Notes under the pieces: generated by a model
The model's database searches: none
Seen by the model: only the letters and a program-made list of their open reading frames with translations
What the model was told of the DNA's origin: nothing
Translations under genes and position numbers: made by a program
Assembly: GCA_017853715.1 (NCBI GenBank)
Contig: JAFMIZ010000003.1
Span: 20,611-84,610, forward strand
Length of the DNA stretch: 64,000 bases
Direction: 5' to 3'
Source of the DNA: Pedosphaera sp.
Lineage (GTDB): Bacteria > Verrucomicrobiota > Verrucomicrobiia > Limisphaerales > DSYF01
Shown: piece after piece, positions 19,401 to 28,484 of the stretch
Numbering within the stretch: position 1 is the first letter of the stretch
Layout: every line of letters starts with the position of its first letter

Positions 19401-19465
19401 AGTCACTGAACTGTAACCTAAATTCCCAATCGTTTGTGGTCTAATCAACGAACAATTACAGCAAA

Positions 19466-20308
19466 ATGAAAAAGACAATTCTCTCTCTCTCCCTCGCCGC
19501 GCTCGCGGCTCTCTCGGCCAGTGCGGGCAGCATCACCGTCAAGGGTTCCGACACCATGGTCATCCTCGCCCAGAAGTGGGCGGAGGTTTATATGGGCAGA
19601 CATCCCGAGACCAAGATCCAAGTCACGGGTGGTGGCTCGGGCACGGGCTTTGCCGCGCTGCTCACGGGCGCAACCGACCTGTGCAACGCCTCCCGCAAGA
19701 TCAAGGCCAAGGAAGTCGGCACGTTTGCCGAGAAGTTCAAGATCCGGCCCACCGAGTATAAGGTCGCTGTGGACGGCTTGAGTGTTTACGTGAGCGCCGA
19801 CAACAAGGTCGAGGAACTCACACTCGAGCAGCTGGAGCTTATCTTCACCGGCAAGATCAAGAACTGGAAGGAAGTGGGCGGAGCGGATTTGCCCATCACG
19901 GTTTACAGCCGCGAGAACAGTTCCGGCACCTACGAGTTCTTCAAGGAGCACGTGCTCAAGGGCAAGGACTTCGTGGCCAGCGCGCAGACGATGCCCGGCA
20001 CGGCGGCGGTATTGCAGGCGGTGGCGAAGGATTCTAAGGGTATCGGCTACGGTGGCGCGGCCTACGGTGCGGGTGCGAAACACCTGAGGGTCAAGAAAGA
20101 CGATGCCAGTCCAGCCGTAGAGCCCAATGAAGAAACGGTTCTCTCCCAGAAGTATCCCATTTGGCGCTATCTCTACGTGTATGTGAACCCTGCGCAGGAC
20201 AAGGGCGAAATCGCGTCCTACCTGAACTGGATTCGCAGCGACGAAGGTCAGGCCATTGTGAAGGACATCGGCTACTATCCTATTCCGGCCAATCTGCGCG
20301 AGAAGTGA
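19466..20308 (+). CDS. pstS: Phosphate ABC transporter substrate-binding protein PstS
   Basis: 280 aa. Signal peptide, GSDTM...GGGSGTG motif, and context with pstCAB-phoU. Confidence 0.92.
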   Translation: MKKTILSLSLAALAALSASAGSITVKGSDTMVILAQKWAEVYMGRHPETKIQVTGGGSGTGFAALLTGATDLCNASRKIKAKEVGTFAEKFKIRPTEYKVAVDGLSVYVSADNKVEELTLEQLELIFTGKIKNWKEVGGADLPITVYSRENSSGTYEFFKEHVLKGKDFVASAQTMPGTAAVLQAVAKDSKGIGYGGAAYGAGAKHLRVKKDDASPAVEPNEETVLSQKYPIWRYLYVYVNPAQDKGEIASYLNWIRSDEGQAIVKDIGYYPIPANLREK

Positions 20309-20315
20309 TTCGGGC

Positions 20316-20346
20316 GGCGCGCCCCGTATTGCGCGCCCTGCTTTTC
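20316..20346 (+). terminator. Intrinsic terminator/attenuator after pstS
   Basis: GGCGCGC-cccgtatt-GCGCGCC stem-loop followed by CTGCTTTTC, between pstS and pstC. Confidence 0.55.
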
Positions 20347-20397
20347 ACCACGGTTCCTCCGGTGAATCTGGCGGGCGATGTGTGACAGAATTGAAAA

Positions 20398-21621
20398 TTG
20401 TCAGGCATCGCCCGCCTCTTTAATCTCCGCCCGCCAGTGCCGAACCCAACTCAATCAAAACGTTCCGCCGGATGGATGGGTATCCATCGTGGCCACCGCG
20501 CGCATCCGTTCGAGCGGCTGGCGGAATGGCTGATCTTTGGCGTGTCGTTCTCCACCATCGGCGTGGTGTTCCTTATTTTTCTTTTCGTCGGCAAGGAGGC
20601 TTTGCCGGTGGCGCTGGAACGGCAGAACTCGGCCTTGATCAGGGAGGTTATCCCGCCATCAGACATCGATAAGCTTTCGTCCGCGGAGCTGCAGCAATAC
20701 CTGGAGCTGACGCCGAAACAGTTTGCGGAGATGGACCGTGAGACGCTGCAGATGCTCATGGAGATCCGCGTCGAGGCCAACGACGAGATCCCCGCCCACA
20801 TTCGCGAGGATAAAGATGCTACGTTGAACACGGCCACGTGGCGCCACATGGTGTTGCCGCATCAATGGTCGGGTTACGAGCAACCGGAATACATCTGGCA
20901 GCCCGTCGGCAGCATCCACAAATACAACATCGTCCCGCTGATTGTCGGCACGCTCAAGACTACCGTGGTGGGATTGCTGTTCGCGGTGCCGCTGGCGCTG
21001 GGCGCGGCCATCTACGTTTCCCAGCTTGCCTCGCAGCGGGTGAAGGAATGGGTGAAGCCCGGCATTGAATTGCTCTCCGGTATTCCCTCCGTGGTGATGG
21101 GTATGTTCGCTCTCGTCGTGATGGCGACGTTCCTGCAAAAGGTTTTTGGCTATGAAGTGCGTCTCAATGCATTCGTAGCAGGCATTGCTTTGGGGATGGC
21201 GGTGATTCCGCTGGTGTTTTCCATCGCTGAAGATGCGTTGACCAGCGTGCCGCGGAGTTATTCGCAGGCGGCGCTCGCGCTGGGGGCTTCCAAGTGGCAG
21301 GCCACGTATCAAGTGGTGCTGCCTTCGGCGCTGCCCGGCGTGTTCGCCGCGGTGGTTCTCGGTTTCGGCCGGGCGATCGGTGAAACGATGATCGTCCTGC
21401 TGGTCTGTTCGGCGAGTGTGATGTCATGGAGCCTCTTCGACTCGGCGCGCAGCATCACGACGACCATTGCCGCTGAAATGGCTGAAGCCGTCGCGGGTGG
21501 CACGCATTATCGCATCCTGTTCCTGTTGGGGGCGCTGTTGTTCGCGGCCACCTTCATCACCAATCTGATCGGCGACTTGGTCATTCACCACTTTAAAGGC
21601 AGGCTGGAGGGGAAGAAGTGA
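20398..21621 (+). CDS. pstC: Phosphate ABC transporter permease PstC
   Basis: 407-aa track ORF with a TTG start; an in-frame ATG at 20476 is an alternative. Multi-TM, with EAA-like region SIAEDALTSVPRSYSQAALALGASKWQ. Long loop between TM1 and TM2. Confidence 0.9.
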   Translation: MSGIARLFNLRPPVPNPTQSKRSAGWMGIHRGHRAHPFERLAEWLIFGVSFSTIGVVFLIFLFVGKEALPVALERQNSALIREVIPPSDIDKLSSAELQQYLELTPKQFAEMDRETLQMLMEIRVEANDEIPAHIREDKDATLNTATWRHMVLPHQWSGYEQPEYIWQPVGSIHKYNIVPLIVGTLKTTVVGLLFAVPLALGAAIYVSQLASQRVKEWVKPGIELLSGIPSVVMGMFALVVMATFLQKVFGYEVRLNAFVAGIALGMAVIPLVFSIAEDALTSVPRSYSQAALALGASKWQATYQVVLPSALPGVFAAVVLGFGRAIGETMIVLLVCSASVMSWSLFDSARSITTTIAAEMAEAVAGGTHYRILFLLGALLFAATFITNLIGDLVIHHFKGRLEGKK

Positions 21622-21622
21622 C

Positions 21623-22555
21623 ATGAAGCACCGCTTTCAATCGCAGGGGTTCGATTACGGCTCCGCCTTGTTCACCGGCATCACGGGGCTGGCCACGGCC
21701 TTGATCCTGGTGCTGCTGTTCATTGTGCTGGGCAATATCTTCCTCAACGGCTGGGAAGGCTTGTCGTGGCGCTTCATCTCCACCATCCCCAAGAAGGACT
21801 TCTTCGAGCCGGGATCGGCGGCGGTGCTGCCCATGATTGTGGGCACCACCATCCGCGTCTTTTTGATGACGTTGTTCGTGCTGCCCGTGGGCGTGATCAC
21901 TGCGGTCTATCTCACGGAATACGCGAGCACGACCTCCATCTACACCCGCGTCATCCGCGCCGCCGTCAACAATCTGGCGGGCGTGCCCTCGATTGTGTTC
22001 GGCCTGTTCGGTCTGGGCTTCTTCATCAACTTCGTGGGCAAGCATCTCGATGATTGGACGGGGCAGACGGGACCCCATTTTGGTCAGCCCGCCTTGATCT
22101 GGGCTTCGCTCACTCTGGCGGTGATGACACTTCCAGTCGTGATTGTGGCTACCGAGGAATCGTTGAAGGCCATACCGCCCGGACTCCGGGAGGCGAGCCT
22201 CGCGCTGGGAGCGAGCAAGCTCGAAACGGTTTGGAAGATTGTTCTGCCCAACGCGCTGCCCGGGATCCTGACGGGTGCGATCCTTGCCATCAGCCGCGCG
22301 GCGGGTGAGGTGGCGCCCATCCTGTTCACCGGGGCGGCCTACTACATGGCGGACCTGCCGAAATCCATGACCGACCAGTTCATGGACCTGGGCTATCACG
22401 TGTATGTGCTCTCGACCCAATCACCGGACATCGAGAAGACCCGTCCCATCCTGTATGCGACGGTGTTGGTGTTGCTCCTGTTGACCTTTTCGCTCAACCT
22501 CGTGGCCATCATCGTGCGTTCACGGATGCGCAAGGCCATGCGGGCGATGCATTGA
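21623..22555 (+). CDS. pstA: Phosphate ABC transporter permease PstA
   Basis: 310 aa. Motif ATEESLKAIPPGLREASLALGASKLETVWKIVLP. Follows pstC after 1 nt. Confidence 0.92.
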   Translation: MKHRFQSQGFDYGSALFTGITGLATALILVLLFIVLGNIFLNGWEGLSWRFISTIPKKDFFEPGSAAVLPMIVGTTIRVFLMTLFVLPVGVITAVYLTEYASTTSIYTRVIRAAVNNLAGVPSIVFGLFGLGFFINFVGKHLDDWTGQTGPHFGQPALIWASLTLAVMTLPVVIVATEESLKAIPPGLREASLALGASKLETVWKIVLPNALPGILTGAILAISRAAGEVAPILFTGAAYYMADLPKSMTDQFMDLGYHVYVLSTQSPDIEKTRPILYATVLVLLLLTFSLNLVAIIVRSRMRKAMRAMH

Positions 22556-22561
22556 TTTGTT

Positions 22562-23380
22562 ATGGCAGAACCCATTCTCCAGAAAATTGCGATGACCCAG
22601 CGGACCGATGAAGCGGCCCGGGCGAGCGCGCCGTTGATCCAAACGGAGAAGCTGTCGCTGTTCTACGGTCAGGCCAAGGCGCTGAAGGAAATCGACATCA
22701 CCATCCCGGAGAAGTTGGTGACGGCATTCATTGGGCCCTCTGGCTGCGGCAAGTCCACTTTCTTGCGTTGCTTCAACCGCATGAACGACCTCATCGACTC
22801 GGTGCGCATCGAAGGGTCGGTCAAGATCGGCGGGCACGACATCTACGCCAGGGACGTGGACGTGATCGAGCTGCGCAAGCGCGTGGGCATGGTGTTCCAG
22901 AAGTCGAATCCCTTTCCCAAGAGCATCTACGACAACATCGCCTATGGTTTGAAGCTGCACGGCATCAAGGCGAAGTCCGAACTGGATGGCATCATCGAGC
23001 AGAGCCTGAAAGGGGCCGCCTTGTGGGAAGAGGTGAAAGACCGGCTGCAATCGAGCGCGCTCGGTTTGTCCGGCGGCCAGCAGCAACGCCTCTGCATCGC
23101 GCGCGCCATCGCGATCAAGCCGGAGATCATTCTCATGGATGAACCGGCAAGCGCGCTGGACCCGATCGCCACCGCACGCATCGAGGAGTTGATCCTCGAG
23201 TTGAAGAAGGATTTCACGATCGTCATCGTGACCCACAACATGCAGCAGGCGGCGCGCATCTCGGATTACACGGCGTTCTTTTATCTGGGCTCGCTCATCG
23301 AGTTCGGCAGCACCACCAAGATTTTCACCAATCCGAAACAGCGGCAGACGGAAGACTATGTCACGGGCCGCTTCGGTTGA
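22562..23380 (+). CDS. pstB: Phosphate ABC transporter ATP-binding protein PstB
   Basis: Walker [10 protein letters not shown], signature LSGGQQQR, Walker B ILMDEP, and the PstB-typical C-terminus ([10 protein letters not shown]). Confidence 0.95.
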   Translation: MAEPILQKIAMTQRTDEAARASAPLIQTEKLSLFYGQAKALKEIDITIPEKLVTAFIGPSGCGKSTFLRCFNRMNDLIDSVRIEGSVKIGGHDIYARDVDVIELRKRVGMVFQKSNPFPKSIYDNIAYGLKLHGIKAKSELDGIIEQSLKGAALWEEVKDRLQSSALGLSGGQQQRLCIARAIAIKPEIILMDEPASALDPIATARIEELILELKKDFTIVIVTHNMQQAARISDYTAFFYLGSLIEFGSTTKIFTNPKQRQTEDYVTGRFG

Positions 23381-23394
23381 TTTGACCTCTCTTC

Positions 23395-24069
23395 ATGCAA
23401 ACGCATCACGACAAGGAATTATCAGAGCTGAACAACAAGCTGCTCATCATGGCCAGCCATGCGGAGTCGTCCGTCACGCGCGCCGTGCAGGCCGTGGTCA
23501 ACCGTGATGAAGCGCTGGCCCGGCAGGTGCGGGCCGACGATGAAGTGCTTGACCGGTTGGAAGTGGAGCTGGACGAGATGGGCGTGGCGCTGCTGGCCAA
23601 GGCGCCGCTCGCGCGCGATCTGCGATTGGTGCTGATGGTGATGAAGATTTCGCAAAACCTCGAACGCATCGGCGACGAGGCTTCGAAGATTGCCAATCGC
23701 GCGCGCGATCTGGCGCAGGAAGCGCCGCTCAAGATCAACCTGGACATCGCCCACATGGCCCGGCTCGTGATTGATATGTTGAAGGGCGCGCTGGATGCCT
23801 TCGTGAAGCGTGATGCCATCGCTGCCCGAGTGCTGATTCCGCGCGACAAGGATGTGGATGCGCTCAACAAGCAGTTCCAAGCGGAACTCGTTGCGCTCAT
23901 GACGCAAGACGGCGGGAATGTCCGCCGCGCCCTCTGGCTCACGGTGGTTTCCAAGAGCTTGGAGCGTATCGCCGACCATGCGACGAATGTCGCTGAAGAT
24001 GTGGTTTACCTCTGCGAGGCGCTCGACATCCGCCACACGGGCAAGAACCCGCCTTCGCCGACCACCTGA
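23395..24069 (+). CDS. phoU: Phosphate signalling complex protein PhoU
   Basis: 224 aa with two PhoU repeats (NLERIGDEASKIA and SLERIADHATNVAE). Confidence 0.93.
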   Translation: MQTHHDKELSELNNKLLIMASHAESSVTRAVQAVVNRDEALARQVRADDEVLDRLEVELDEMGVALLAKAPLARDLRLVLMVMKISQNLERIGDEASKIANRARDLAQEAPLKINLDIAHMARLVIDMLKGALDAFVKRDAIAARVLIPRDKDVDALNKQFQAELVALMTQDGGNVRRALWLTVVSKSLERIADHATNVAEDVVYLCEALDIRHTGKNPPSPTT

Positions 24070-24085
24070 GCTTCTTCTCGCGGGT

Positions 24086-25333
24086 CTAAAAATCCAACCC
24101 CAGTCCGACGATCAGCCGGAGGTCGTCCGGCTTGGGTTCGATACCATCGGCGCCTATTTTCGGATTACTGATGCGGTCCCAAGTGAGTGAAACGTCGAGG
24201 TCTAGTTGCTTGGTGACGTCCACTGAGAAGGTGGCCACGGCGTGGTGCGTGGTTTCGCCCACGGTCTTGCTGGTGTATTGACCACGATATTCGAGGATGA
24301 ATTCCAAACGGCTGGTGATGTCCCAATCGAGCTTGGAGCCGAAGGTCAGGGCACCGTTGCTTTTTTCAATGGGCTCGCCGGGTTGGGCGGAATCGAAACG
24401 GACGACCTGATAGCCGGGGCCGGTGGTCACGTTCCATTCAACCGTCGGCGTGTAAAGGATGTCGTAACCCACGCCCACGCCGCCGGTGATCCGAGAGTCG
24501 AGATTTTGGAACGGGTCACGGTAGTATTCGAGGTAGGGCACCACGAGGTAGAGGCGGCGCGAGAGCCAAAGGTCGAACTCCGAATTGACGCGGTGATTGT
24601 TGGCGCTCTCCACGTTGTCGAGGCTGCTGACATTGCCGATGTAATCGAGGCTCAAGCGTGTGCCAGCCGTGCGACGTTGCAAACGTGCTTGGGCGCTGTA
24701 TTCCACCTGTTCGGTGTTGCCCGCCCGCAGGGTCAACCCGACCGACGCCTTGCCCGACCAGTAGTTTCGGCGCGAGCCGCCGGGGGTCATGCTGAACAGC
24801 AGCGCACGGGGATAGGCTTCAGTTTCTTCATTCTGCACCTTGACCAAATCGGGCGTGATGGTGACCGGGCCGTGGGCGGCGGTGCCATCGTCGAACAACA
24901 CATCAAGATACTTGGGCGAGCGCAGTTGCCGAACATCCGCCCAGTCAAAGGACTGATCATTTAGCTCGTCGCTTTCAAACTCCAGCTTTTGGTCCTGCAT
25001 GGCCTTGATGCGACCCTTGAGCCACTCGCCGGACTTGAGTTGCACCCAGTCAAATTTGTCGTCGGGTGGAATCCAGTTCAACGGCGGCAAATCCGTCGGC
25101 TTCCGGTCCGGCTCTGGAGTGGAAACAATCAGGCTGAAATTGGTGGTCAGGATCTCGTTGGTGACGGTGACTACCGCGTAATTGGTTATGGTCACGACAT
25201 TCGTCAGCGTCACCGTATTGGTGACGGTCGCGGGTTCGGCGGCGGCAAGATGGGTCAACATCACCCCTGCCAGCAGGGTTGCTCCCAAGGTTCGCAGGGG
25301 GGGCAGGGGCGTTGTCTTTTTCGTCATCTCCAT
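24086..25333 (-). CDS. Outer-membrane beta-barrel protein, DUF481-like C-terminal domain
   Basis: Start taken at ATG 25333 (MEMTKKTT..., signal peptide). T/V/N low-complexity stretch, then a soluble domain, then a beta-barrel ending in LIVGLGLDF. Last gene of a three-gene operon. Confidence 0.75.
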   Translation of the reverse strand: MEMTKKTTPLPPLRTLGATLLAGVMLTHLAAAEPATVTNTVTLTNVVTITNYAVVTVTNEILTTNFSLIVSTPEPDRKPTDLPPLNWIPPDDKFDWVQLKSGEWLKGRIKAMQDQKLEFESDELNDQSFDWADVRQLRSPKYLDVLFDDGTAAHGPVTITPDLVKVQNEETEAYPRALLFSMTPGGSRRNYWSGKASVGLTLRAGNTEQVEYSAQARLQRRTAGTRLSLDYIGNVSSLDNVESANNHRVNSEFDLWLSRRLYLVVPYLEYYRDPFQNLDSRITGGVGVGYDILYTPTVEWNVTTGPGYQVVRFDSAQPGEPIEKSNGALTFGSKLDWDITSRLEFILEYRGQYTSKTVGETTHHAVATFSVDVTKQLDLDVSLTWDRISNPKIGADGIEPKPDDLRLIVGLGLDF

Positions 25334-25344
25334 CGTTCGAGTGC

Positions 25345-26427
25345 CTACTGGGCGGGAATTGTAATTAACGGGATTTTGCCAGTGTCGGCAGTGTCGGCCA
25401 ATGAGAAGAAAAACATGACGGCCGTGAGCGCTCGTTTCGTCTGCCAGTCGCCATCCTCGATCCAGAACCAATGGTCGCGATATGGCACGGCAACAAATGC
25501 ATGGGCGGGCTTCTCCTTGCCGCTGCGGATGCGCACCCCGCCCGACTGGATTTCCGGGGACGAAACTTTGGGTGTGGGTGTTGCGCTGTGGTCTTTCACG
25601 TGCGCTTCTGGCACCTCCGCATAGCTGGCAAAGGCCTGCATGATTTGCAGCATCGAGCGGCTGTTCACTCCCAGCTCACCCTCGGCTCCACGAATGGGTG
25701 AGTAGGTGAGCGTGTATTTTTGGCCTTCGGCGGGCAGCTTAAGCAGGCGGCGGATCTCCGCAATTTTCTGCTTGGTGTCGTCAAAAATGTCCTCTCCCCG
25801 AAAGAAGAGGACCGCCGTTGCATTCTTGGCCTTGTCCTCCTCAACTCGCATCCCGACCGCGCCCTCGATCTGCACCTCACGCAACAGCCGTAGCGCTTGA
25901 GTGAATTCTGGGTCTGCATCACGTATGGCTCCGGCGGATGCCGACCGGTTGCGCACGCCGTTCAAGGACTCCACGGTCAGGCCCAGCAGGAAGTCGGCGG
26001 GATAACCCGCTTGCAGCATGAAGAAGATGTTCTTTGGATCAATGGGGGTGACCAAGCCGCGCAGGAATTTTTCACCCGTCATCGGCACATAGGTAATGGT
26101 GGGCCGGTCGGTGAACTTTGCCGAACCTTCCAGCGTGGCCGTATTGCCACCGAAGGAGGTGGTCTCGGGGAAGCTGCCGCCAACCGTCATGCCCGTCTCC
26201 AGGGAATAGCCGCTCACCACGGAGGACACATCCACAAACACGGGCAAATCCATGTAACGCAGCTTGACGATGTTGAGCAGCGTCTGTTGCTTCCAAGAAT
26301 CCGCGATGGCCGAACTGTAATCAAACCGATCCACCGCCACGGTCTTTGGCCCCACGTGTGTGCAGCCGGCGAGCAGACCAGCGAGACCGAGCGCCACCAA
26401 TCGAGTGGGAGGAAGGTTGAATTTCAT
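25345..26427 (-). CDS. Lipoprotein, unknown function
   Basis: 360 aa. Lipobox GLLAGC. No motif I recognise. 11 nt upstream of the DUF481-like gene. Confidence 0.8.
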   Translation of the reverse strand: MKFNLPPTRLVALGLAGLLAGCTHVGPKTVAVDRFDYSSAIADSWKQQTLLNIVKLRYMDLPVFVDVSSVVSGYSLETGMTVGGSFPETTSFGGNTATLEGSAKFTDRPTITYVPMTGEKFLRGLVTPIDPKNIFFMLQAGYPADFLLGLTVESLNGVRNRSASAGAIRDADPEFTQALRLLREVQIEGAVGMRVEEDKAKNATAVLFFRGEDIFDDTKQKIAEIRRLLKLPAEGQKYTLTYSPIRGAEGELGVNSRSMLQIMQAFASYAEVPEAHVKDHSATPTPKVSSPEIQSGGVRIRSGKEKPAHAFVAVPYRDHWFWIEDGDWQTKRALTAVMFFFSLADTADTGKIPLITIPAQ

Positions 26428-26466
26428 GGGGATATGTGCGTTCCGGTCTCAGCATTCATCAGCAAG

Positions 26467-27837
26467 TCAAGGTCGCTCGCGTCGACAGACGCGGGCTGTC
26501 GCAAACCGGTAAACCAGCGCTGCTACTAACGCGATGATCACCAGCAGGACACCCTTCCAGAAGGCGTAGTCCACCACGGCCTTGCCGCTGGCTTCGGCCT
26601 TGTCAACAGCGGGGGAAACCTTGTCGGACAAGGCAGCGATATTGGTTGAGCCCAGCGTCCGATCGAGTGTGGTGAGCAGCTCGGTGAGTCTTTGTGCGGT
26701 CGCGCTCAACTGCGTGGCGGTTTCCGCGTAGTCCAGAATGCGGAAAGGCTCCGCGTTGGTGTCGGACGACGAGGTTTTGTTCGTTTCACCCACCCCCAAG
26801 CGTTTCATCAGCGCGTCAAACGTCGTCAGCGTCGTGTTCAACGAATCGGACATGTCGGTGCCGGCGTTCATCAGGGCTGAGAGGTCTTTCTCCTGCGACT
26901 TGAGGGCTTTCAGAATTTCCTCCCGTTCGGAGCTGACCTGATCGGGAAGTTTTTCCGCCACGGTGGCAAAGCGTTCCAGGGAGGCCGAGATCGCCGTGGA
27001 ATTGGAAACGATCTGTTGCACCGCCGGCGTCTCGGTGGCGTTGATGCTCAGCAGTTCGGTCTGCCAGCGCAGCATCGAGGGCATTTTCTGAGCGACGTAA
27101 AGCGCGCGCTCGGCAAATAAACGAGTTTGGGCGATTTCACGCACGGCCGGGTCCATGCCCGCAAACGGGTCCAGCATGAGCAGGCCCAGCACGTTGCCTC
27201 CTCCTCCGGCCTCCGGCTTCTTCTTTTTGAATATTTCCTTGGATAATTCCAGGGTGCGCGCTCCCAGCATCCGGTCAGAAATCGGATTCATGGCCCGCCA
27301 TGTTTGAATGGCATCGCGCAATTGGACCTGTTGGTCATTGCTGAACGCCCGGCTGACCAGATGCCAGACGTTCGTCTCGCCGTTCTGACAGCTCACCAGC
27401 ATTGGCCGGGCAGAATCACCGAACACATTGGGGACCCAATGTTCCTCCAGCGCCATCCGTGTCACCGTCACGAATGCTGCCATGTCGATCAGGTTGGCAA
27501 ACGCGTTGGGGCCGGCGGCGATCGAGGTGGTTTCCGTGGTGAAGCCGATCTTTATCCGCAACAAATCCCGGGCATCGAGCGTGTTCGTGCCACTCTGCAG
27601 CTGGTCCGCTGCGGCAATCATCTGGGCGGAGAAGCCATCCGCGAAACGTTGCAACGTCTGTTGCACATCGACCGGATCCACCGTCTGCTTTTCCCTCTGT
27701 CCTGACGTGACGCTATTGACGGCGCGGGCGGGCAGTTCAGCGGTGGACTTCACGACATGACAGCCAACTCCAGCAATTGCCAGCATCAATAATAACGCTG
27801 CAAGTCCCGGAAGACGAGTTGTCTGGTGGCGTTGCAT
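26467..27837 (-). CDS. Envelope protein with an N-terminal lipobox and a C-terminal TM helix, unknown function
   Basis: 456 aa. LAIAGVGC lipobox, KKKKPEAGGGG linker, a helical Ser/Thr/Leu-rich second half, and the C-terminal hydrophobic helix VLLVIIALVAALVY. Confidence 0.8.
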   Translation of the reverse strand: MQRHQTTRLPGLAALLLMLAIAGVGCHVVKSTAELPARAVNSVTSGQREKQTVDPVDVQQTLQRFADGFSAQMIAAADQLQSGTNTLDARDLLRIKIGFTTETTSIAAGPNAFANLIDMAAFVTVTRMALEEHWVPNVFGDSARPMLVSCQNGETNVWHLVSRAFSNDQQVQLRDAIQTWRAMNPISDRMLGARTLELSKEIFKKKKPEAGGGGNVLGLLMLDPFAGMDPAVREIAQTRLFAERALYVAQKMPSMLRWQTELLSINATETPAVQQIVSNSTAISASLERFATVAEKLPDQVSSEREEILKALKSQEKDLSALMNAGTDMSDSLNTTLTTFDALMKRLGVGETNKTSSSDTNAEPFRILDYAETATQLSATAQRLTELLTTLDRTLGSTNIAALSDKVSPAVDKAEASGKAVVDYAFWKGVLLVIIALVAALVYRFATARVCRRERP

Positions 27838-27875
27838 GGTTCAAGGAAACAGTCGATGGACAGCGTCGAACAAGA

Positions 27876-28439
27876 TCAATGCGCCACCTTCAAGTCCTTC
27901 ATCACTTCAAACACGGCCTCGCGGATGTTCGCCTCGCGCGCGCTGTCGGATGCGTTGCGTAGCACGGGACGCGTCGCGTAGTGACGTTGCAGCAGTTTGC
28001 CAGTCTTGGAGTCAAGGATGTCCACGAGCAGGGTGCCCGCTTCGAAATAATTCGGCGTCTTGTTGCCGGTGTAAGCCTTGTGCGCCTTGTCCTGTAACTC
28101 CCACGCGTCGCGGCCATGGCCGAAGTAGGTGTTGACGCTTTCAGTGGAGACATTGTTGCCGAGGATGACGAGGTAGGCAACCGTCACCTCGCCGCCCGTG
28201 GTCACCTTGGTCAGGCCCTTGTCGGTCAGGTAATCCGTGAGCGCCTGCTGGATCAGTGCGTGCGCCTGCTCGCGATTGTCGGCGAACTCCGCTTTCGCAG
28301 GCACGCCGCCGTTCACAAAGCTGAATGACTTCGCATGGACGGCGCCGGTGTCCACGCGGATGGGGGTGGAGGAGCAGCCGGCGAGAAAGAACGCGGCCGC
28401 CATCGTCAGAAGTGAGTTTGTCCAGGTGAGGTTTTTCAT
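27876..28439 (-). CDS. DUF4136-like lipoprotein
   Basis: 187 aa. Lipobox FFLAGCSS, and GTLLVDILDSKTGKLLQR resembling the DUF4136 hallmark strand. Confidence 0.75.
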   Translation of the reverse strand: MKNLTWTNSLLTMAAAFFLAGCSSTPIRVDTGAVHAKSFSFVNGGVPAKAEFADNREQAHALIQQALTDYLTDKGLTKVTTGGEVTVAYLVILGNNVSTESVNTYFGHGRDAWELQDKAHKAYTGNKTPNYFEAGTLLVDILDSKTGKLLQRHYATRPVLRNASDSAREANIREAVFEVMKDLKVAH

Positions 28440-28484
28440 GATGGAGAAGTGGGTTCGAGTGCTTGCTAAAAATGGCCGAAAAGT

